Positions 57,440 to 64,000 of a stretch of DNA of 64,000 nt are shown one piece after another. How positions within the stretch are numbered: the stretch's first letter is position 1; each line of letters begins with the position of its first letter. This stretch comes from Dehalococcoidia bacterium (lineage in GTDB: Bacteria > Chloroflexota > Dehalococcoidia > GIF9 > JBFMDU01): NCBI GenBank assembly GCA_034431935.1, contig DAOUCU010000059.1, positions 2,132-66,131 of the forward strand. Direction: 5' to 3'. A model generated the notes under the pieces. The model did no database searches, was not told the origin of the DNA, and worked only from the letters and a program-made list of their open reading frames with translations. Made by a program: the position numbers and the translations under genes.

Positions 57440-57479
57440 GTGAGTAAAGGGGGCCGTCGCGACAACCCCCTTTACTCAT
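57440..57479. terminator. Strong GC-rich hairpin between convergent EF-G paralogue and etfA; putative bidirectional terminator
   Basis: GAGTAAAGGGGG-ccgtcgcgacaa-CCCCCTTTACTC is a 12-bp perfect stem extendable by TG/CA. The loop itself contains the palindrome GTCGCGAC. Confidence 0.5.
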
Positions 57480-57497
57480 CCGTTGTGATGCGCTGGT

Positions 57498-58496
57498 TTA
57501 CCCGGCCAGCAGTTCTTTCACCTTTGCAGTGAAGGCGGGCAGGACCTGTTTCCAATCGCCAACAACACCGAAGCGGGCTTCTTTGAAGATGTTTGCCTCC
57601 GGGTCCTTGTTGATGGCGACGATGGTCTTGGCACCGGAGCATCCAGCAAGGTGCTGGCTGGCGCCGGAAATGCCGACCGCAATGTAGAGCTCCGGCGTGA
57701 CAATCTTGCCGGTGAGGCCGACCTGTATCGTAGCCGGTACCCAGTTGTTGTCGCATGGCGGACGGCTGGCTCCAACAGCGGCCTTGAGCACTTTGGCTAG
57801 CTCTTCAAGTTGCTTGAAACCGTCGGGGCCGCCGATGCCGCGGCCACCGGCCACTACCGTCTGAGCGTCCTCAAGCTTGATACCGGCCACTTCTTCCTTA
57901 ACTTTGCCGAGGTATTTTGTCTTAATCTGGGCGGGGTCAATGGTCACACTCACCGGAATCACCTGTCCCTGCCGGGTCGTGTCTGCGGGTAATGGGCTCA
58001 TGGCCTTCTGGCGGATGGTGGCCATCTGAGGGAACAACTCCGAAGTGAAGACGGCCCTGGCGTTGCCGCCGTAGACAGGTTTGGTCATGAGCAGGAACTT
58101 GGTGTCCGGGCTTAAAGCAAGGTCGATGCAGTCCAGGGTAGCCGCCGTGCCAAGCCGGAAGGCAAGTCTGGGCGCGAGGTCGCGGCCGATTGCTGTTTGA
58201 CCCATCAGCAGGATGCGCGGGAAGGTTTCCTTCACAAGCTTTTCCATCACGGCTACATAAGTGGCCGTCTGGTAGTCTTTGAGTTGGGCATCTTCGGCGA
58301 CGTATACTTTATCGGCCCCGAGAGCTATCAGTTCATTGGCGAAACCGGCGACTTTATCGCCGAGCAGAACCGCGGAAACTTCCTCGCCGAGTTCGGTGGC
58401 CAGTTTTCTGGCACAGCCCAGCAGTTCGCCGCTTATGTTTACCAGCTTGTCATTGGCGGCTTCAGCGATAATCATTACACCTTTGTATTCAGCCAT
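57498..58496 (-). CDS. etfA: Electron transfer flavoprotein alpha subunit
   Basis: 332 aa. C-terminal FAD-binding domain with [18 protein letters not shown]. Confidence 0.9.
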   Translation of the reverse strand: MAEYKGVMIIAEAANDKLVNISGELLGCARKLATELGEEVSAVLLGDKVAGFANELIALGADKVYVAEDAQLKDYQTATYVAVMEKLVKETFPRILLMGQTAIGRDLAPRLAFRLGTAATLDCIDLALSPDTKFLLMTKPVYGGNARAVFTSELFPQMATIRQKAMSPLPADTTRQGQVIPVSVTIDPAQIKTKYLGKVKEEVAGIKLEDAQTVVAGGRGIGGPDGFKQLEELAKVLKAAVGASRPPCDNNWVPATIQVGLTGKIVTPELYIAVGISGASQHLAGCSGAKTIVAINKDPEANIFKEARFGVVGDWKQVLPAFTAKVKELLAG

Positions 58497-58532
58497 GTGT
58501 CCTCCTTAAATGCAATTTTAAAATGCCGAGCT

Positions 58533-59333
58533 TCAAATCACCTTGACCTCTCTGAGCTTCAAGGCCAGGTTGGTGCCAGCCTCGGCAGGGGTTTCGCCTT
58601 TCATGATTTCACACTTGCCTTCACGGACCGGCTGGAAGAGCTTCACCAGCCGCTGTCTTCGGCCAGAACTGCCGACCTGTGCTGCGTTGACGCCAATAGC
58701 GGCTGGTCCCCACACTATTGGGGCTTTCTTGGCGGCGGCCATAATACCCTTGAGGGTGGCGTACCGTGGTTCTCCGAGTTCGTTGCTCACGGTTATCAGC
58801 GCCGGTAGCATGACCTCGACGGTCTCGAAACCGTCCGAGACGACCCGGTCTACTTTGGCTTTGCCATCGACGATCTCGACCTTTTTGGCCACAGTGACAC
58901 TTGGTATGCCGAGCAGTTCAGCGATGCCGGAGCCAACCATACCTGCATCCCAGTCAGCGGCCTGGCGTCCGCAAAAAATGATGTCATACTGCCCGATTTT
59001 CTTGATAGCCTGAGCCAGAGCGAAAGCCGTTGACCAGCTGTCACCGCCATCAAATGCCGGGTCTTCCAGCAGAATCAGTTCGTCAGCACCCATAGACAGG
59101 GGCTTTTTGACAACATCACGCACCAGGTTGTTGCCCAAACTCAGCACGGTGACTTTTCCTCCCAGCTTGTCCTTCAGACGAAGTGCCGCTTCTACAGCCT
59201 GCTCGTCAAAGGGACTGACAACCGGCGGTACTCCTTGTGGGGGGAGCACCTTGTTGGCGGCGGCGTCAATTTTGAAGCTTGCCGGAGGCGCTTCAGGGTC
59301 AAGGACCTGCTTGCAGCAGACAATGATGTTCAT
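58533..59333 (-). CDS. etfB: Electron transfer flavoprotein beta subunit
   Basis: 266 aa. MNIIVCCKQV N-terminus and the ETF beta signature region. Confidence 0.9.
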   Translation of the reverse strand: MNIIVCCKQVLDPEAPPASFKIDAAANKVLPPQGVPPVVSPFDEQAVEAALRLKDKLGGKVTVLSLGNNLVRDVVKKPLSMGADELILLEDPAFDGGDSWSTAFALAQAIKKIGQYDIIFCGRQAADWDAGMVGSGIAELLGIPSVTVAKKVEIVDGKAKVDRVVSDGFETVEVMLPALITVSNELGEPRYATLKGIMAAAKKAPIVWGPAAIGVNAAQVGSSGRRQRLVKLFQPVREGKCEIMKGETPAEAGTNLALKLREVKVI

Positions 59334-59357
59334 ATGCGACAGTACCTCCTTGCTACT

Positions 59358-60212
59358 TTAATTCAGGACCAATCTGATTGTCCTGTCGAGGCCGTTAGGA
59401 TCTCTAAACAGCTCAACTTTTGAACGGGGAAAGCAGTTATCGACCATCGCCAGGACTGCTTTCGCCTGATCAGTACCTATTTCCATCACGATACAACCAC
59501 CGGGACGGACTTTTCCAGGGCTTTGTTCCAGAAACCGCCTGATTAGCTCCAGGCCGTCATTGCCGCCGGCCAGAGCAATACGCGGCTCGTACAGGGAGAC
59601 CTCCCTGGGGAGGCTTTCGATTTCTCGATCCGGTATATATGGCAGGTTGGCTGTGATAAGATCCGCAGGCCCAAGCAGGGGCTCCAGGAGGTCGCCGTGC
59701 AGAAACTTGATACGGTCGGAAACACCGAGCCGTGCTGCGTTCAGTTTGGCCACGTCCAGGGCGTCCCTGGAGATATCCACTGCGAAGAGCATTGCTGCGG
59801 GAAGTCTGGTTGCCAGCGCAATGGCGATGGCACCACTGCCAGTTCCAATATCAGCGATGACAAGCTGCTTCTCTCTATGTGCGGAGGCAAAGTCGAGCGC
59901 CTTATCCACGAGCAGTTCGGTCTCCGGTCTTGGTATTAAGACGTTCTGGTTCACATAGAACTCTAGCCCGTAAAACTCGCGTTTGTTTGTAATGTAGGCC
60001 GCAGGCCAACCAGCGGCACGCAGTGCCAGTGCCTGTCTCAATGCGCTGGCCTCGTTCTGTGTAAGCGGCCGTTCCGGATTTGTATACAGGTGCGATAGTT
60101 CAAGTCCGACGGTGTCCTGGAGTAAGAACCTGGCTTCGAAATAGGCATCATGAAGGCCGTGCGCATTCAGGAATCTTACTCCGTCACGAAAGGCTGTGCG
60201 AAGGGTCGTCAT
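59358..60212 (-). CDS. prmC: Release factor glutamine N5-methyltransferase
   Basis: 284 aa. SAM motif [14 protein letters not shown] and catalytic NLPYIP (NPPY-type). There is a 4-nt overlap with prfA. Confidence 0.9.
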   Translation of the reverse strand: MTTLRTAFRDGVRFLNAHGLHDAYFEARFLLQDTVGLELSHLYTNPERPLTQNEASALRQALALRAAGWPAAYITNKREFYGLEFYVNQNVLIPRPETELLVDKALDFASAHREKQLVIADIGTGSGAIAIALATRLPAAMLFAVDISRDALDVAKLNAARLGVSDRIKFLHGDLLEPLLGPADLITANLPYIPDREIESLPREVSLYEPRIALAGGNDGLELIRRFLEQSPGKVRPGGCIVMEIGTDQAKAVLAMVDNCFPRSKVELFRDPNGLDRTIRLVLN

Positions 60213-61300
60213 GCCAAACTGGCCTCCAATAATTGGGCCTGTTCCCGAATGGCCAGCGCGTCAATAAGCTCGTCCAGGTTGCCATTCATGATATCCGGTA
60301 GGTTGTGGAAGCTCATGTCAATCCGGTGGTCAGTGATGCGGTCCTGGGGGAAATTGTAGGTGCGGATTTTTTCGGCCCGTTCACCACTGCCGATCTGTGC
60401 TCGCCGCGTTTCAGTTATCTCGGCGTTATGAGCGCGCTGTTTCAAATCATACAAGCGAGCCTTCAGTACCGCCATGGCTTTCATGCGGTTCCTGAGCTGG
60501 GAGCGCTCATCCTGACAGGAGGCCACGATGCCGGTGGGAATGTGAGTCAGACGTACCGCAGTCGTTACCTTGTTTACGTTCTGGCCTCCAGCGCCTCCAC
60601 TGCGGAAAAACTCCATCTTGATGTCGTCCGGGTCAATGTTGATATCAACATCCTCTGGCTCAGGGAGGACAGCTACGGTAGCGGTTGAGGTATGGATGCG
60701 CCCGGAGGCTTCGGTGACGGGTACACGCTGGACGCGGTGAACGCCCCGTTCAAACTTCAGACGGCTGAAGGCGCCTTTACCATTGACCTGGAAGATGATC
60801 TCTTTGAAACCGCCGACAGAGCTTTCGCTGACATCAACGACGTCTATTTGCCAGCCACGTGCCTGAGCGTATCGAGAGTACATTCGAAACAGGTCAGCGG
60901 CGAAGATGCTGGCTTCATCGCCGCCGGTGCCGGCCCTTATTTCCATGACTACGTTCCGGTTGTCGTTACGGTCACGGGGGATGAGAAGCAGTCTAATCTG
61001 GCGGAACAGTTCTTCCTGACGACGTTTTAGTGACGCGAGTTCGTCTTTGATCAGCGTCAGCATTTCCGGCTCGGTAGCATTGCCGAGCATTGCCTCGGTG
61101 ACTTCCATGTTGTGGAGTGTTTTCTTGTAGTCGCGGAACTTCAAGACTTTGTCTTTGAGCCCGGCCTGTTCCTGGGCCAGCGTCTGCAGGCGCTGGGGGT
61201 CACGAACGGTGTCCGGATCGGCCATCAACCGGTTGAGTTCCTCGTACCTTTTCTCGAGCAGTTCCAGTTTTTCTAAAATTGCCTTCTCTGTAGGCGGCAT
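60209..61300 (-). CDS. prfA: Peptide chain release factor 1
   Basis: PxT-type tripeptide region [13 protein letters not shown] and the GGQ motif [11 protein letters not shown]. Start chosen at the second ATG ([13 protein letters not shown]); an alternative lies at 61318. Confidence 0.9.
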   Translation of the reverse strand: MPPTEKAILEKLELLEKRYEELNRLMADPDTVRDPQRLQTLAQEQAGLKDKVLKFRDYKKTLHNMEVTEAMLGNATEPEMLTLIKDELASLKRRQEELFRQIRLLLIPRDRNDNRNVVMEIRAGTGGDEASIFAADLFRMYSRYAQARGWQIDVVDVSESSVGGFKEIIFQVNGKGAFSRLKFERGVHRVQRVPVTEASGRIHTSTATVAVLPEPEDVDINIDPDDIKMEFFRSGGAGGQNVNKVTTAVRLTHIPTGIVASCQDERSQLRNRMKAMAVLKARLYDLKQRAHNAEITETRRAQIGSGERAEKIRTYNFPQDRITDHRIDMSFHNLPDIMNGNLDELIDALAIREQAQLLEASLA

Positions 61301-61634
61301 AATTTGTCGCTTCCCCAAGCGCCAGTAAATTGGCCAATTATATCACAGTCCGCTATTGTTCATAAGGGTCCTGAGCATGTTTTGCGGGTATAAGCTGTAC
61401 GGTCATTAAGGCGCTACGGTGGCGAATTGTCCATATCGCCTTCACAAACTCTCTAAATTAGGTTGCTAACTTTTGGGTCATAAATCCCGTTAACTACAAG
61501 GATGCCGGCTACTTGGGCTTTCAAAATGATGGAGTCAGTCCTATAATGCTTTCTTAAACGCGGTTTTGCCGACCGTTACTTCCGGGACTACAGGGCCCGG
61601 GTGAGGCTTGTCTTGAAAGGCGGTAGATAGAGTT

Positions 61635-62969
61635 ATGAAGCGCTTCTTGCTGGTTGCAGTCGTTGTTATGATGGTTGGACTTCTGCTGTTGTCCGGTTGC
61701 ATGGCCGGTGGCAGCAGTCAACCTCGCCAGACAACCACGGTTCGTGTGGGCGACCTCGTCGTTAGCGTCGTTGCCACAGGTAATCTATCGTTTTCACAGA
61801 TACAGGACTTGACCTTTAGCATCGCTGGCACGTTGAAGGAATTAAAAGTTGATGAAGGAATGGTGGTGAAGAAAGGACAGGTAATAGCCACGCTTGATGA
61901 CCAGTCTTACCGGGACGACGTGACCGCCAAGGAATTGGCTTTGAAACAGCAGGAGCATGCCCTGCAAACGGCGGCGCTGGACCTCAGGAGGTCTCAGGAG
62001 CAGTTGGAAGAGATTGCTCCGAGGACATCTACGACGTACACGTACTACACCGATATTCCGACGGTGCAGCAGAATGTCTCTATAGCTATTGCCAGTATTC
62101 TGGATGCCCAAGAAAACCTGGCGGCTGGCAAGACACAGGAGGCAAAGTGGTTGCTGGATGATGCCATCAAATACCTGAATCTTGCATACTCGGCCTCCAG
62201 CACAAGCCAGTTTATACCGATTGAAAGACAGAAGGCAGTTAGCGATACGATAGTCACTCTCCGGCAGTACACTTACCAGGCGGAGAAGAACCAGTTGGCA
62301 TATGACAGAGCGGTTGCAGCAAGGGATGCTGCCAGGCTGGCGCTTGATCAGGCTAAGAAACAGCTTGATAAAACGGTGCTGACCGCACCATTTGACGGGA
62401 TAATCTCTGCGGTAAACGTCAAAGAGGGGGCGAATGTTGGCGTCAACACTGCAATTTGCCGACTTGTCGATCCGACTCAGGTCAAGATGAAAGGGCTGGT
62501 GGACGAAGGCGATGTGGGTAAGTTGAAGGTCGGGCAGGAAGCTCTTATTACCCTGGATGCAGTGCCTGATGTGGAATTGAAGGGCAAGCTGACGTTCATT
62601 TCTCCCGTGGCTACGATGCAATCAGGCGTCGTTTACTATCAGGTGATTGCCTCGGTTGAGCCATCGAAGAACGTCGTACTGCGTGATGGTATGACGGCAA
62701 GTGCCAATGTGGTGCTGGAGAAACGTACCGGCGTTCTGCTTGTGTCACGGCGGGCTATAGCCGGCACGGCCCGTGAGCGGTATGTCGATGTTATTGTGGA
62801 CGAAGCCACGGGCAGGACGGAGCGGCGGACTGTGACCACCGGCATGAGTGATGATGATAATATTGAGATCAAGTCCGGTCTCAAAGCCGGGGAAAAGGTG
62901 CTGATTGCTCAGTCAGCAGGAGCACGTACCACGGCTCAGACAGGGATGGGTGGTATGGTCATCAGGTAG
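61635..62969 (+). CDS. Efflux transporter periplasmic adaptor (HlyD/MacA-family membrane fusion lipoprotein)
   Basis: 444 aa. Lipoprotein signal peptide with lipobox LLSGC, a long coiled-coil, and beta-barrel/MPD domains. Confidence 0.85.
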   Translation: MKRFLLVAVVVMMVGLLLLSGCMAGGSSQPRQTTTVRVGDLVVSVVATGNLSFSQIQDLTFSIAGTLKELKVDEGMVVKKGQVIATLDDQSYRDDVTAKELALKQQEHALQTAALDLRRSQEQLEEIAPRTSTTYTYYTDIPTVQQNVSIAIASILDAQENLAAGKTQEAKWLLDDAIKYLNLAYSASSTSQFIPIERQKAVSDTIVTLRQYTYQAEKNQLAYDRAVAARDAARLALDQAKKQLDKTVLTAPFDGIISAVNVKEGANVGVNTAICRLVDPTQVKMKGLVDEGDVGKLKVGQEALITLDAVPDVELKGKLTFISPVATMQSGVVYYQVIASVEPSKNVVLRDGMTASANVVLEKRTGVLLVSRRAIAGTARERYVDVIVDEATGRTERRTVTTGMSDDDNIEIKSGLKAGEKVLIAQSAGARTTAQTGMGGMVIR

Positions 62970-62979
62970 GAATTCGGCA

Positions 62980-63660
62980 GTGGTCAAGATAGAGAAGGTA
63001 ACCAAGCTATATAAGATGGGCCGGACGGAGCTCTGGGCCCTGAAGGGTGTGAGCCTTGATATCGATGGTGGGGAGATGGTCTCCATTATGGGGGCTTCCG
63101 GTTCGGGCAAGTCAACGCTTATGCATATCATAGGCTGTCTTGACCGACCTACATCCGGCAAGTACTGGCTTGACGGGTCAGAAGTCAGTCGTCTCAATGA
63201 CAACAGGCTGGCCGAGATACGGAACAAGAAGGTGGGATTCGTTTTCCAAGCCTACAATCTGCTGGCTCAAAACAGTGCCCTGGCAAATGTGGAATTGCCG
63301 ATGATATATTGCGGTGGTAAACAACGTCGTGAACGGGCGATGATGGCCCTTGAGATGGTGGGGCTGGCGCACCGTGCGAAGCACAAGCCAAATGAGATGT
63401 CTGGCGGTGAACAGCAGCGGGTCGCTATCGCCCGGGCTCTTGTCAATAATCCCCCACTCATTCTGGCTGACGAACCGACCGGCAACCTGGATACAGCCTC
63501 GTCGCACGAGATAATGACGCTTTTCCAAAAACTTAATGACCGCGGTATTACTATTGTGCTGGTAACCCACGAACAGGATATAGCCGGCTACACGAAGCGT
63601 ACTATTAGACTTCGCGATGGCGAAATCATCAGCGACGTGAAAAATGATCATATTAAATAG
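62980..63660 (+). CDS. ABC transporter ATP-binding protein (MacB/LolD-type)
   Basis: GTG start with AGGTAGG upstream ([14 protein letters not shown]). Walker [10 protein letters not shown], signature [15 protein letters not shown] and Walker [12 protein letters not shown]. Confidence 0.85.
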   Translation: MVKIEKVTKLYKMGRTELWALKGVSLDIDGGEMVSIMGASGSGKSTLMHIIGCLDRPTSGKYWLDGSEVSRLNDNRLAEIRNKKVGFVFQAYNLLAQNSALANVELPMIYCGGKQRRERAMMALEMVGLAHRAKHKPNEMSGGEQQRVAIARALVNNPPLILADEPTGNLDTASSHEIMTLFQKLNDRGITIVLVTHEQDIAGYTKRTIRLRDGEIISDVKNDHIK

Positions 63661-63664
63661 CTTC

Positions 63665-64000
63665 ATGATGGCCCTGCGCACCCTATGGAGCAATAAAATG
63701 CGCTCCGGCCTGACCATGCTCGGCATCATCATTGGTGTTAGCGCTGTGATATCGTTGATGTCGGTCGGGCGCGGTACCCAGGAGCAGATTATTTCCCGCT
63801 TCGAGAGCATGGGGACTAATCTGCTCATGGTACGTCCCGGCGGGATGGTTGCCGGGCGTGTTGCTCAGACGACGCCAGCTTTCTTGACGATGGATGACGT
63901 GAAGGCATTGTCCAAGCCGGATGCGGCGCCAGCCGTAGCCATGGTGGCACCCCAAGTCAGCATGAATGTCCAGGTGAGTGCGGGTACGCAGACAACTACT
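63665..64000 (+). CDS. ABC transporter permease (MacB/FtsX family), 5' part; continues beyond the window
   Basis: MMALRTLWSNKMRSGLTMLGIIIGVSAVISLMSVG is the typical MacB_PCD/FtsX N-terminus with TM1. The frame is open to the window end. Confidence 0.8.
   Translation, partial: MMALRTLWSNKMRSGLTMLGIIIGVSAVISLMSVGRGTQEQIISRFESMGTNLLMVRPGGMVAGRVAQTTPAFLTMDDVKALSKPDAAPAVAMVAPQVSMNVQVSAGTQTTT

Noticed and set aside
62905-62979. Upstream extension of the ABC ATPase ORF overlapping the adaptor gene
   Set aside because: ABC ATPases begin about 10 residues before the Walker A region. GTG 62980 with AGGTAGG upstream fits; the extension would overlap 65 nt of the MFP gene.
1-64000. Scan for tRNA, rRNA, CRISPR, IS and integrase features
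   Set aside because: Intergenic regions are short (mostly under 200 nt). No cloverleaf-like GTTCGAATC or T-loop motifs were seen, no spaced direct repeats, and no transposase- or integrase-like ORFs. None are reported.

Overview
This is a 64 kb chromosomal window of about 57% GC, densely packed with housekeeping genes on both strands. GTG and TTG starts and 1-30 nt gene overlaps are frequent. I saw no rRNA, tRNA, CRISPR array, transposase or integrase. The gene content (NfnAB, EtfAB, a NAD(P)-linked formate dehydrogenase, the rpmB/yloV/degV/recG neighbourhood) suggests an anaerobic bacterium, possibly Chloroflexota-like, but that guess has low confidence. In order, the window contains: the 3' end of acs, satP and a convergent acetyl-CoA hydrolase/transferase::GNAT fusion; mtaB, fabF, recJ, lgt, ftsY; an MrfA-like DEAH helicase with a DUF1998 zinc finger; DUF503; a zinc-ribbon protein; rpsO-pnp; dapB-asd-dapA; a six-gene flavin and Fe-S redox cluster (18.9-29.8 kb) built around a Cys-type formate dehydrogenase; a flavodoxin-like gene; mutS; argJ-argB-argD-argG-argH-rpe; rpmB; yloV (DAK2); degV; recG; a small promoter-to-hairpin 27-aa gene upstream of argS; an MFS-like transporter with a long GLL(H/Y)-repeat tail; trpS; an inositol monophosphatase gene interrupted by an in-frame TAG; an aminotransferase plus lrp; gatC-gatA; an EF-G paralogue lacking the catalytic histidine; etfB-etfA; prmC-prfA; and a MacAB-like efflux operon that runs off the window end. 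The redox cluster is the strongest candidate for a previously undescribed system. It contains three GltD/NfnB-like NAD(P)H:FAD modules, two of them fused to NuoF-like or NuoG-N-terminal-like Fe-S modules, around FdsG/FdsB/FdsA-like genes and an NfnAB pair. All calls rest on motif recognition in the supplied translations; no database searches were run.
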